Positions 13,943 through 27,869 of a stretch of DNA of 64,000 nt are shown here, piece by piece (position 1 is the stretch's first letter; each line of letters opens with the position of its first letter). The notes below the pieces were generated by a model that was not told the DNA's origin, did not search any database, and saw only the letters and a list, made by a program, of their open reading frames with translations. The DNA lies in NCBI GenBank assembly GCA_951406725.2, contig OX597820.1, positions 5,208,001 to 5,272,000 of the forward strand. Direction: 5' to 3'. A program made the position numbers and the translations under genes. This stretch comes from Octopus vulgaris. Lineage: Eukaryota.

Positions 13943-13979
<37 letters not shown>

Positions 13980-14384
13980 ATTATGTGATCACGGGAGTGA
14001 CCAGTCTATATCAGATGTTACAGGTCACCGGCCACAATGAGTTTTGCGTAGTTTTAACCTTCGAATGACACCACCTTACTGGCAAGAGGAATAGGCCAAC
14101 ATACCGCACCCTTCCTGGTCGAAAGGGGCACTGGAGGAACGTGAAACTATCATTTTGATGTCTTTGTTTTTTTGTGCATTAATTATATACTTCGTTGTTA
14201 CTTTTACGTCTCGTATTTCTGAGTTTGATATTTTTTCTATAATTTACCTGACTGTTTTTCATCTAAGGTTAATTTTTTCTTCAGTTATTGTAGATGCCCC
14301 TCATATTAGTCTCATTTTGGGAATATAATGTAGCCGTATAATGTATATACCGTGTACAAACGTATCCACACCCCAGCTCATTTA

Positions 14385-14803
14385 TACCTATTTCTTTACT
14401 ACCCACAAGGGGCTAAATACAGAGGCGACAAACAAGGACAGACAAAGGGATCAAGTCGATTATATCGACCCCAGTACCTCACTGATACTTAATTTATCGA
14501 CCCCGAAAGGATGAAAAGCAAAGTCAACCTCGGCGGAATTTGAACTCAGAACGTAGCGGCGGACGAAATACCTATTTCTTTACTACCCACAAGGGGCTAA
14601 GCACAGAGAGGACAAACAAGGACAGACAAACGGATTAAGTTGATTACATCGACCCCAGTGCGTAACTGGTACTTAATTTATCGACCCCGAAACGATGAAA
14701 AGCAAAGTCAACCTTGGCGGAATTTGAACTCAGAACGTAACGGCAGACGAAATATCATTAAGCATTTCGCCCGGCGTGCTAACGTTTCTGCCAGTCCACC
14801 GCC
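14385..14803 (-). mobile_element. SINE family S2 with tandemly duplicated body
   Basis: Reverse complement of 62011-62427; B-box-like GAGTTCAAATTCC occurs twice. Confidence 0.88.
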
Positions 14804-15285
14804 TTTCAAGCTCATTTGTACCGTTTGTCGGATATGAAGATCCGACAGATAGAAACATGATCCAATTTTCTTAAGGTATCGGTTTATATCTTTCTGACTG
14901 GGCGCTCCATTTTCCTCTTCCGACTGTCGCTTGTATGAAATAGTCTTCATCTGGTTTTAGTGCAAAGTTGTTTCATGGACGAAATCGTTTGGTAGCGATT
15001 TGACTAATCGGTCAGTGTATCTCACTAAGATTAGGTCAAATATCTGAAACCTATTTATAAAGAAAACATTTCAATCACAAGCTAGTGTGTTAATTTAATA
15101 CCCTTCAACGTTTTCGAAATTTACTTTCGATTTTTCTTTGTTATTTCATCAATATCAATGATTATTTAGCCGGCGGTGGTGTGGCGTTACATGTTGTTAT
15201 ACAGCCGGCAGCAACGAACGAATAATACAAATAGTTATTCAACTGTTCAACTGCCAGGAGTGTAAATGCGATAGCTATTTAATAC

Positions 15286-15286
<1 letters not shown>

Positions 15287-15316
<30 letters not shown>

Positions 15317-15635
15317 CTTCTTCTTCTTCTTCTTCTTCTTCTTCTTCTTCTTCTTCTTCTTCTTCTTCTTCTTCTTCTTCTTCTTCTTCTTCTTCTTCTT
15401 CTTCTTCTTCTTCTTCTTCTTCTTCTTCTCCTTCTCCTTCTCCTTCTCCTTCTTCTTCTTCTTCTTCTTCTTCTTCTCCTCCTCCTCTTCTTCTTCTTCT
15501 TCTTCTCCTCCTCCTCCTCCTCTTCTTCTTCTTCTTCTTCTTCTTCTTCTTCTTCTTCACTCCTCCTCCTCCTCCTCCTCTTCTTCTTCTTCTTCTTCTT
15601 CTTCCTCTTCCCACCATCATCATCATCATCATCAA
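15287..15635. repeat. (CTT)n/(CCT)n/(CAT)n microsatellite
   Basis: Direct reading. Confidence 0.96.
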
Positions 15636-16560
15636 CATTGCTTTGCCCTGTAAGCCTAAGTCTCAAGTGTAGGTGAGTGAGTAATTGCTTCCAGCTACGT
15701 CGTACGGTGGAGTGTCGCAAATGATTGCACACACCGATTACAGTGAGAAACGCGTGTTTTGTATCAACAATACACACAAGATGTAGCACCATATAAAGTA
15801 CAATGTCAATTAGTCGACTAAAGACCACTTTTAAACGATATCACACTAACTCACTGCTCTTCGTGTACAATCTAAATTGGTGTCGAACTCATACGAAGTG
15901 CCGACACCTATAGAGTAAAATTAATGGAGGCGACGAAGGCCCACTTGTAAGGCATGTCGCTTCAGTTGAAAGAATTCTTATTAGACAAAATGGTGAGCGG
16001 CGTTTTTTTCTGGCTCTTCCTGTTTTGAGTTGAAATTCTGTCGAGTGTGTTTTACCTTTGGTACGGGATCGATAAAATAAAGTACCAGTCAAGTACTGGG
16101 TGTCGATATAATCGATAAGATTTTTTTTTATTCCTAAGCCGCCCCGCCCCTATGAGGAATAGGGTTGCTTTCCTTCACAGGTACCACATCTTTTCGGTTT
16201 CTATCTCAAAGTCTTTGTATTTCCTTAGTCTTTTAAATACGTTTACGGATAGGTTTTTATCTTATGGAATACTCATATCAATTCATGTATACAACATCTT
16301 ATATTGGGCAGTGTACTGGTTTAAGGTCCCCCCTGTTAGTGAGGAGGAGAGAAACAGTGGAAGAGGGAAGATATTCAAATGCGACACCGACAGATATAGT
16401 TTGAGATAAGGCAGTAAGAATAGTGGAATTCACTCAGGGTTATATGTATGAGGCGTGTCTGAGCGTGTGTGTGCGTGTGTGTGTGAGTGTGTGCGTGTGT
16501 GTGCGTCTCTGAGTGTTTGTGTGTTTCTCTCTCTATGTATGCACATGTGTATGCATATGC

Positions 16561-16650
<90 letters not shown>

Positions 16651-16721
16651 CTTTTGGGAATACTATTCCTAACTTACAGGGAAAAATTCAATTTAGAAAT
16701 ACTAAATCAAATTTCACAAAG

Positions 16722-16755
<34 letters not shown>

Positions 16756-17384
16756 TAGAAAAAAAAACACCCTTTATCAATTCAAAATGAATAATTAAAT
16801 TACACCATCTAGAAAATTACATATAATAGAAATATAAAAAATAAAAATAATAATAATATACCAATGATTAAGTAAATTGCAAAATAATAATAAAAACGTA
16901 TATATTTGGTAGAATAACGACACGTGTTTCGTGGGTATATTTAAGAAATGATTATAGTAAAAAAAATTAATAGTAGTAGTAAAATCACTTTTATCAATTT
17001 GAATTGATAAAAGGTGGGTTTTTTCTAATTTTATATATATATATGTGTGTGTGTGTGTGTATGTATATATATATATATATGTATATATATACATATACGC
17101 GCACACACACTTTCACATACGCAGACACACACCCACATACACACACAGAAAAAATCCACACACACACACACGCATACATACAAACACACACATATGAGCA
17201 TATAGTATATAGATTCTATGTCGCATATATAGATTTCTAATAGAAGATATTTTCCGTGTTTTTCCTTCCTGTACAAGTTTGTAACTACTTTTAGCAAATG
17301 AAACACGTGAAATGGCGAATAAATAATACAAAAAAACCCAGTTCCTGTCTATTAAACATACACATATGCATATGTATATGTATG

Positions 17385-17427
<43 letters not shown>

Positions 17428-17985
17428 ATACATATACATGTATAATTGTCAATATACGATAGCCACGTGATTTTATGGATCCATGTCTTATACTTCAAAT
17501 TGATATGTATGTATGTATGTATGTATGCATGTATGTATGCATGTGTGTATGTGTACTTATATTTACACATACACACACATACGCTCGCACACCCTATACA
17601 TATAATGTATTTTTTTTACAATAAAAAAAGAAACAAACAAAACAAAACCCTTTGATGCGTGTCAGAACATCAATCATCCGATCTACAGATTTATCAGGTT
17701 CACGAAATGATAAACATAATATTTTTCCTTGTACAGAACAAAAGAAATGCATGACGAACAACAACAAGAACAACAACAACAACAGCAGTAGCAGCAGCAG
17801 CAGTAGCAGCTACAACAACAGCAGCAGTAACTACAACAGCAACAGCCACAAAGTACAAGATCGACAGCAACATCAATAAAAGCATTACTATAGCTCTTGC
17901 TTTGGTTCTGCGGCTGCGAGCTGTCGGAATCATTACTGCACCGGACAAAATGCCTAGCGGTGTTTCGTCCGTTTTTATGTTGTGA

Positions 17986-18056
<71 letters not shown>

Positions 18057-18057
<1 letters not shown>

Positions 18058-19245
18058 TTACTTTTAATCTGCATGTTTGTCACAGTTACTTGCCGGAATA
18101 CACCCAGTGTCCTGGGGCGAGTGAAGAATAAGAGATATTACAGTAATACTTGAAAGCATGGGAAGGGAACGTAGTTAGATATCTTCATGTAATACAACAC
18201 AGACATTTAAATGGATAGGATGTTTCTAAGGATATGGGCAGTACTTATCAATACAATATTTTGGATTTCTCTGAGACATGTTTCTCCTGGGATCTTATCT
18301 AGATCTTTCCGACATATCTTTTTTTTTATCATACCTAGGGTACCTACAATAACAGGAACAGTTCCCGTTTTAAGATGCCACATCTTTTGTATTTCAATTT
18401 CCAGGTTCTTATACTTAGTTTGTCAAATTCCTTGACAGATATATTTTTATCAAGGGAGCACTTGCATCTACAAGTATTTTCTTCCCTGTCTTTAATAATT
18501 ATGCCTGGTCGATAGGCCCGGGCCATTCTGTCAGTGTTGACTGGAAAATCCCAGAGGCTAGTGGCATTTTTACCTTCAACGACAGGCTCAGGCTGATGTT
18601 CACAGCAGTGAGCAGGTGGGCTGATTTTGTAGTGTTTACATATTTTCCAATGTAAATACTACCCTATTCTACCGTGGTGATTTTTGAATTCGTTTGGTGT
18701 GATCTCAGGACATCCCGAGACGAGATGGTCCAGTGTGTCGTCAATTGTGTCACAGAATTTGCATTTAGGATCAGATCCATTTTAAAGGACTTTAACCTAG
18801 TAGTTTTTGTGCGAAAACTTTGATCTTGTGCCGCCAATATGAAACCTTCAGTCTCTGCTTTTAGTCCTGAACTTCTCAGCCACTGATGGGTTGTTGCTTG
18901 ATCGACATCAGCATTTCAATTTCGAAGTATATACTCTCCATCCAGAAGCTTCTGACTTCTCCGCTCCTCAATTTGCATCTGCTCGTACATTTTAGTAGCC
19001 AGCTTGATCCATTCTGCTTGTCTTGTGGCAGTGATTTCAGGTTCTACAAATATTTCAGGATTAATGCCAAGTTCCCTTAAGAATTTGCAAGCTTTCTTGA
19101 CAATCGAATGTGATTTTTTGCTGCTTTCGTGTTTGCGCACAAGTCGCAGCGTCCAGGCCTCTCCACTGGATAAGTAACTGTTCATTGCTATTGTGACGGT
19201 CTTATACCACAGTTCTCTCTGCACCACTTATCTTTCCCCATTATC
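18057..19245 (-). pseudogene. 5'-truncated, decayed R4/Dong-like non-LTR retrotransposon (zinc knuckle plus restriction-like endonuclease region)
   Basis: Minus-strand translation across stops and frameshifts gives SGLKAETEGFILAAQDQ, CKFC...DHLVSGC (CCHC knuckle), LHWKIC, LWDFPVNTD...RP and VPVIVGTLG; flanked on both sides by (TAA)n. Confidence 0.82.
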
Positions 19246-19265
19246 AATATTATTATTATTATTAT

Positions 19266-19440
19266 TCTATGTTTGACTTTTGCTTTACATTTGTACAAGT
19301 TGGCTTCAAGTCTCCCCCAGAGACCTCAAGAGACAACAAGTTGGAAGTTCGTGTTGGTGTTATGCCTAGGGTGCTATATATTTGGTTTTGTACTTAGTGT
19401 TGTACTAGTGAATGTCTAAAAAAACCATACGAAAATTATG

Positions 19441-19442
<2 letters not shown>
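19266..19442 (-). mobile_element. Short LINE 3'-end-like fragment between (TAA)n tracts
   Basis: Unique-looking 177-bp block bounded by TAA repeats beside the Dong-like copy; family assignment is inferred from context only. Confidence 0.4.
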
Positions 19443-19492
<50 letters not shown>

Positions 19493-20019
19493 GTTGTTGT
19501 TGTTGTTGTTACTACTACTACTACAACTACTACTACTATTATTATTGTTGTTGTTGTTGTTATTATTATTATCATTATTAATACATTTGATTTTATTTAT
19601 CTCTGCATTTACTTGGCAAAATGTTATGAAGTTTTGCCATTCAGCTGTTGTTGTTGTTGCTATTTTTGTTGATGTTTGGTCACAGGTCAAAAGTGATCCC
19701 AGTTGACTTATGCTTAAAACACTTCTCCTCTCTTCTCATTCACTCCATAATACGTCCACCTTTAAATAGTCTTCGACTTGTTTTAGATAATAATGATTTT
19801 TGAGGTATGTTTAGCTGCTATTCTCATCATGTTGAAAGACTAAGTATATATTTCCTCGTCGATTCCTTTCTGTTTCATTTATATTATTTAAGATTTATGA
19901 AATCTTTCTCCTCTGTCTCACACACCCTCTCCCTCCCTCTCCCTCTCCCCATCTCTCTCCCTCTCCCCCTCTCTCTCTCTCTCCCTATCTATCTACATAC
20001 ACACACACACACACACACA

Positions 20020-20073
<54 letters not shown>

Positions 20074-20265
20074 TAAAATAATGAATTAGGCTATCTACGA
20101 GATACCACCATGCTGAAAATAGCAACCATGAAGCGACTCTAAAACCACCTTAATTTATTATTTTAATAATTATTACCTTTGAAGGTTATTTTTTCCATGC
20201 TGAACACTTGATGAGTTCGTTATTTTATTTTAAATTAACGATCTTATCCTTATTCATATAAACAC

Positions 20266-20338
<73 letters not shown>

Positions 20339-20564
20339 GAGGATAATATCGATATTTAAGTGTCGAAATTATCAAGTGGCCAGCATGAAAGAAATACCTT
20401 ACAAAGGTAAAAAAACTTTTAACAATTAAAAATGAGGGTGTCTAAAAGACACCAACATGCCGAAATAGCAGTCGAAACACTGACTATAGTACCACGTTAA
20501 ATGTTCATATCGCACCATGAGGTAAAGCGGAGGGACAAAACATACAAGCAAAAATTATTGAATA

Positions 20565-20624
20565 ATTCAAGATCCAAGGATTTCTGGTTTTGCTTTAGAT
20601 AAGCTTTACCGTCATCAATTGAAT
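20565..20624 (-). ncRNA. Type I hammerhead-like motif (U3 variant)
   Basis: Minus strand ATTCAA-TTGATGA-cGGT...ACCa-GAAA-TCCttGGA-TC-TTGAAT. Confidence 0.6.
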
Positions 20625-21029
20625 ATATCAAGGGTACATAAATACAGATATATATATGCACAGCAAACGATATACTTACATATACGAGCGTCGCACATAC
20701 ATACATATGCACGTATGGACACAGCCAGTTTGAATCGCCCGCCAAATCACCGCATAAGTACGATATGGTTAAAATAATTTCTTTCATGCTGGCCACTTGA
20801 TAATTTCGACACTTAAATATCGATATTATCCTCATATATAAATTTATATAATTCGTTATTATATTCACTGCGGTGCTTATTTTAACCATATCGTACTTAT
20901 GCGGTGATTTGGCGGGCGATTCAAACTGGCTGTGTCCATACGTGCATATGTATGTATGTGCGACGCTCGTATATGTAAGTATATCGTTTGCTGTGCATAT
21001 ATATATCTGTATTTATGTACCCTTGATAT

Positions 21030-21089
21030 ATTCAATTGATGACGGTAAAGCTTATCTAAAGCAGAACCAGAAATCCTTGGATTTTGAAT
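21030..21089 (+). ncRNA. Type I hammerhead-like motif (U3 variant, AUU triplet), mirror copy
   Basis: ATTCAA-TTGATGA-cGGT...ACCa-GAAA-TCCttGGA-TT-TTGAAT. Confidence 0.55.
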
Positions 21090-21222
21090 TATTCAATAAT
21101 TTTTGCTTGTATGTTTTGTCCCTCCGCTTTACCTCATGGTGCGATGTGAACATTTAACGTGGTTTTATAGTCAGAGTTTCGACTGCTATTTCGGCATGTT
21201 GGTGTCTTTTAGACACCCTCAT

Positions 21223-21258
<36 letters not shown>

Positions 21259-21367
21259 TTATATATGCTTACATACATGTCTATCTACATACATACATTC
21301 ATACATACGTACATACATACATTCATGCATGCATATATACATACAAATATACATTTATACATAAATG

Positions 21368-21433
<66 letters not shown>

Positions 21434-21631
21434 TCATAAATTATATACTTTTAAATTCCGTTTACCCTTATAGGAATCAAAACTTAAATCAGGCCCAAGG
21501 TTGCAAAGTGAAGTGCCCAAGTAAGAACCGGGACAAAAGACAAACTTAGTGGTTAAAAAAATATATATATAATATATGGGGGTGATATGGAATTGTTTGA
21601 CGAATTTTGTTGTTTATTTTTTACCACTAAG

Positions 21632-21701
<70 letters not shown>

Positions 21702-22139
21702 GTACACATGAATGTTTTCTCTGTGACTAGAAAGCAATAATCAATCTCACTCGTTTCAGTGTTTCTTGCCGTTTCATCAGTGACGGATGATTAATTTTGC
21801 CAGCCTCAACGACAATTGTAATTGATGGCTATTTGTAATATGAGACAAACTCTGTTACAATTAAATTGGTGTGTTATAATTTATTTATACAGCAATATTG
21901 AAAGACTAGTAAAAAAAAAATATTTACCGTAGAATTTTCACATGAAAAAAAACTAATTCAGCTGTAGCGGGAAAGGGAAAAGCATAAACGTGTTTTAATT
22001 GCAGCAACTAAACAGCGCATAAATATATAGTTTACTAAAACCACATGCGAGGAAGTATTTTGTATCTCGAGAGAGCATTTCACCATGTTGGATTTCTATT
22101 CGATTTATCATTTAATTCATTCGTATTACCAACAATTGT

Positions 22140-22755
22140 GGCGGCAGCGAACTGGCAGAAACGTTAGCATGCCGGGCGAAATGCGTAGCCGTATTTCGTC
22201 TGCCGTTAGGTTCTGAGTTCAAATTCCGCCGAGGCCGACTTTGCTTTTCATCCTTTCGGGGTCGATTAAATAAGTACCAGTTACGCACTGGGGTCGATGT
22301 AATCGACTTAATTCGTTTGTCTGTCCTTGTATGTTCCTTCTGTGTTTAGCCTCTTGTAGGTAGTATAGAAATAGGTATTTCGCCCGTCAGTATGTTCTGA
22401 GTTCAAATTCCGCCGGGAACGACTTTGCCTTTCGTCCTTTTGAGATCGATAAAATTAGTGCCAGTTAAATACTGGAGTCGATAAATCGACTTAACCCCCG
22501 CCACACCTAAATTTGAGACCTTGTGCTTCCAGTAGAAAGAATTGTGAAGGACACAAGCTGAATCGTTAGCAAATATGCTTGGCGTTATTTCGTCCGTCAG
22601 TACGTTTTCAGTTCAAATTCCAACGGCATCGACTTACATCCTTCCGGGATCGAGAAATTAAGTACCAGTTGCGTTCTGGGGTCGATGTAATCGGCTAGTC
22701 ACCTCCCCACAAATTTCAGGCGTCGTGCCTACTGTAGAAAAGTAGAAAGGATTAT
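22140..22755 (+). mobile_element. Cluster of S2 SINE copies/bodies
   Basis: GGCGGC...GAACTGGCAGAAACGTTAGC head and three GTTCAAATTCC bodies. Confidence 0.85.
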
Positions 22756-22964
22756 TAACGATTATGCTGTTCTGTAGATGAGGACAAACTAATGGAGGTC
22801 AACCAAAGTTTGTCTAAATTAAAGCATCACTATAAATTTGGAATCTGATTCCAAATCTGTGAATTTGCGTCTGTAATCTGGAAATGTATGCAATGAGCTT
22901 CATTGCCCTAGGTGTAAGGAAATCACCCGGCGAGAAACGGAAGAAAATTTGAAGAAAGAAGGAA

Positions 22965-23001
<37 letters not shown>

Positions 23002-23210
23002 GTGATATTTTTTTCTACTTTGCTACAAGGGCAGCAATTTGGAAGAGTGGGTGCCAAAAGTTGATAACATCAATCCTAATAAAGTACCAGTTTGCGATTG
23101 GTACTTTATTGAGATCGATACCGAAAGAATGAATGGCAGGCTTCGATGGGTAAAAATATTATATTTGTTAACAACAACAACAAAAACAACTATAATAATA
23201 GTAATAATTC

Positions 23211-23345
23211 TGTGTCTAGGGAGAGTCATTTTCTTTTTGTGCCTTTTTATTTAACACACTCACCGGTAAAATTCCTGCTGGAAATTTTACCGGGGAGTGT
23301 GTTAAATAATAAGGCAGTAAAAGAAAATGACTCTCCTCAGACACA
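23211..23345. repeat. Near-perfect palindrome/hairpin (MITE- or foldback-like)
   Basis: TGTGTCTAGGGAGAGTCATTTTCTTTT...CCGGTAAAATTCC-tgct-GGAAATTTTACCGG...AAAAGAAAATGACTCTCCTCAGACACA. Confidence 0.8.
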
Positions 23346-23570
23346 ACAGAATATGCTTCAACACACGAACTAATATAAAGAATCTTGCAAACCAAATCAA
23401 AAAACGAAAAATAGTAATAATGATAATGATATAATAATGATTATCATTATAAATATTTTTCATATATACATATATATGCACACATAAATAAGCATGTATG
23501 CATGTATGTATGTATGTATGTATGTATGTATGTATGTATGTATGTATGTATGTATGTATGTATCTATCTA

Positions 23571-23636
<66 letters not shown>

Positions 23637-23679
23637 TGTATGTATGCATACGTGCATTCATACTTAGCATACATAGTTT

Positions 23680-23718
<39 letters not shown>

Positions 23719-24570
23719 AGATGCATATGTGTGTATGTATGTGTACATGTTGCTATGTATGTGAGATGTAAGTTGTGTTTGTGTGTCTCTGTTTAGTATT
23801 GATATTTTGCAGCGAGGGAGGGAGAGAGAGAGAGTGGAAGGGAGAGAGAGATAGAGAGATATAATGAAAGATGTAGAGGGAGAGATGTTGAGATAATAAG
23901 TATTTTGTCCCCATTTCTCTTCTTTTTTTTCTCGTTGAAGTTGTGAGTGAGTGAGGAATCGTCTTCTTTGGTTTGTAGTTGGGGGCAGGAAGGAGGAAAG
24001 GGGTAGGGCTAGGGAGGGGGTGGGGGTGGGGGCAGCTTTAATTTCACAGTAGTGAATTTGTTAAAAGTGCTGCTTAGAGGAAGGCTTACTACGAGCAGGA
24101 GGCAGTCATCGAAAATAGGAGATTCCTGCGTAAATGTCAACATACTGAGCCGAAATAATAGACATAACAACATACAACACGTAAAAACACAACAGAAACA
24201 AAGCAACGAAACGAAAACAACAACAACAATAGCAACAGCAACAGCAACAATGTGAGTAGCAACGACAACAATAATAATAACGACAACAACAACAACAAAA
24301 ACAACAACAACAGGAGAATCATAAAAAAAAGGAAAGGAAAGGAAAGGAAAAGGAGAAACAGAAAGCAATAGAAAGAGAGGCATGTTACCCCAGCAGCGAT
24401 AATAACGAGTCTAGGAAGAAGAAGAGTTGGGTGAGAAGAAAGAAGGAAGGAGAAGCGAGAGGAAGAAAACAACGATGCCGGGTACACACACACTATATAT
24501 ATATTCATATATAGATATATCTATATCTATATCTGTTTGTCTATCTGTTTGTCTGTCTATCTATCTTCTG

Positions 24571-24663
<93 letters not shown>

Positions 24664-24694
24664 ATGTATGTATCTATGTCTGTATGTATGTATG

Positions 24695-24764
<70 letters not shown>

Positions 24765-24878
24765 CATATGTGATTATGTATGTATACAGAGTGTGATGAG
24801 AAAAGATGGCTGAGGAGAAGTAAGTTTGTCTCTATATTTGTATGTGTGTGTATGCATGTATGCGTATATATATATATG

Positions 24879-24933
<55 letters not shown>

Positions 24934-24957
24934 GGTAATATCTATCTATTTATCTTT

Positions 24958-24993
<36 letters not shown>

Positions 24994-25436
24994 TTCTGCA
25001 TATCATACATGCATACATATATAGACACAAATAATTTGTGTGTATGCTTGAGTCTGCGTGCATACAAGTGTGTGTCTGTGTGTGTGTGTGTGAGAAAGAG
25101 AGAGAAAGAGTGAGAGGGAGGGAGAGAGAGAGTATGTGTGCGTGTGTGATCTATGAAAGTACTCAGTCTTTAGTTACCATTCCAATTTGGTTCCGCAAAA
25201 AACGTACCCAAGACTTATTAATTGTTCTGCAGAAAGGCGTCCTCTTCTCATTAAATGTACAGGTAAACCATAAACATCCCCGTTTAATTACTCCTAGTGT
25301 TAATTGATGCAATATTGACATGTATCATTATTCGGATATCAACATGGAACGAAAAACTCGGAGTAGTGACTGGAGTAGTCGGCTGCATTCAAATAAATCT
25401 CCTGGACAAACGAACATAGAAATAAAGAATATATTC

Positions 25437-25647
25437 TTTTCTAATCGAGGCACAAGGCCCGAAATGTTTGGGGAGGAGGCCAGTCGATTACATCGACCTC
25501 AGTAGGTAACTGGTACTTAATTTATCAACCGTGAAAGGATGAAAGGCAAAGTCGACCTCGGCGGAATTTGAACTCAGAACGTAAACACAGACGAAATATC
25601 GCTAGGCATTTCGCCCGGCGTGCTAACGTTTCTGCCAGCTCGCCGCC
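25437..25647 (-). mobile_element. SINE family S2
   Basis: Reverse complement of the S2 head and body. Confidence 0.85.
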
Positions 25648-26440
25648 TTTTACAGAGGATGTATTAACCTCATAAAGCGATGATTACATTCAAAATAAAA
25701 ACACTGGTTCTGTACAAAATATATTTTTCGGAAATATAATTTCCCCAAATCAATAGCTATATATTATGCATATAATCTATATAAAGGCTTAATAGAAGAA
25801 AAGAGGCTGTAGGAAGTATGAAGTATCATTATATTAATAAATAATCATCAACCCTTAACTCTCCATTTTGTTTTCTTTTGTTATGTGAATACGGATTACA
25901 CACACACACACACACACACACATACACACACACACACAAGCATATTATATATATATATATATGTTACACGCACACACACTCGCACACACACATGTACACA
26001 CACTCGCACACACACATGCACACACACTCGCTCACACACACACACGCACATACATTCGCACACACACTCGCGCACACACACGCACACACACGTTTGCGCA
26101 TGCATACTCACACATATGGGAAGACGCGTGGCTCAAAGGTTAGGGAGTCGGGCTCACAATTATAAGTCAATGAGTTCGATTCCCGGACCGGGCTGTATGT
26201 TGTGTTCTTGAGCTTTATTTCACGTTGCACCACTTCACTCAGTTGTAGAAATGAGATGTGACGTCATTGATGCCTTTCCCTTGGAGTGGAGAGGAGAGGT
26301 TGGTATGCATGGCTGACGGCTGGTCTTCCTAAACAACCTTGCCTGGACTTGTGCCTCGGAGGGGAACATTTTAGATATAATTCCAAGGCCAATAATGATC
26401 GAAGGGGGTCTTTATATATATATATATAAATATATATATA

Positions 26441-26879
26441 TATCGGTCACTTTTGTCGAACCGCTAAGTTACGGGGACATAAACACACCAATATCGGTTG
26501 TCAAGCGATGGTGGGGGGACAAACACAGACACTCGAGCATACATACATACGCATATATATATATATATATATATATGTAGGTCCCGGGTTGAGTCGGGGT
26601 TAACCACAGTAAATAAGGTACTCAATACATAGCAGATTAAATTAATTTATTATATAGAAGGAGCTTCTACAGGACAAGAACTGTTTCATTCAAAAGAAAT
26701 CATCAGGAATATATATATATATATACGATGGGCTTCTTTCAGTTTCCGTCTACCAAATCCACTCATTAAGCTTTGGTCGGCCTGATTCTATAGCACCCAA
26801 GGTGCCACGCAGTGACACTGAAAAATGGAACCATGTGGTTGGTAAGCAAGCGACTTATCACACAGCCACTCTTGCGTCT
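26441..26879 (-). mobile_element. SINE family S1 interrupted in its internal (TA)n by a 134-bp insert
   Basis: S1 tail at 26441-26530, head at 26725-26879, foreign block at 26577-26710. Confidence 0.75.
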
Positions 26880-27540
26880 ACACACACACACACATACACA
26901 CACACACATATACATATATATATGTATGCATATACAAATATATATACACGCACATGTGTGTATGTGTACGTTTCTTCTATAGGCAACATTTCAAGTTACG
27001 ATGATTCCAATACGAATACATCTATGTAAACGTAGGGCATTCGTAGACGAAAGATCATAACTTTCTGTGTTGGCTAGAAATTCTATAGAAAATCTATAGA
27101 ACCTCAAAATCGAGAACATCGCACTGCTAACACAAAAGGTAAGGCACAATATTGACCTGTAAACCATTTTCTATGCTTGGTAATATTTTATCGCTGCAAA
27201 ACAAAATATTGTGTCGCTAAAAGCAATTAATATATTTATATTTTCAACATCTGTATATTTTACTTCTTTAGAAGATAGCCTTCACTTTCTCACCTTCAAA
27301 TCAGAAGACGTTTGACCTATATAAAAAGACTGTCCAAGTATACTTTGTATAATTAAAAGCAAGAGGATGTTAGAGAAAAATTGGACAACAGTTTCGTCGG
27401 TGGGGAATGGTGGAGCTGAATTCGGTACAAGATATATTAGCATATAGACACGAATACACACATATGTATATAAGCGGGTATCTACCTAACTATCCATATA
27501 TATATGTATATATATATACATATATATATATCACTATACA

Positions 27541-27658
<118 letters not shown>

Positions 27659-27659
27659 C

Positions 27660-27719
<60 letters not shown>

Positions 27720-27794
27720 CTGTACACACACACATACATATATGGGTGTCTCTCTCTATATATATATATATCTCCCTCTTTCTATATACATATG

Positions 27795-27869
<75 letters not shown>

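Larger units (their letters stand above)
20330..21230. mobile_element. Non-coding PLE-like element with interleaved inverted repeats (A-B-A'-spacer-B')
   Basis: A 20330-20395 / A' 20777-20842 (66 bp); B 20424-20777 / B' 20877-21230 (354 bp, few mismatches); (TA)n on both flanks. Confidence 0.85.

Noticed and set aside
20497-21157. Pair of near-identical ORFs on opposite strands
   Set aside because: A by-product of the 354-bp inverted repeat; no protein motif.
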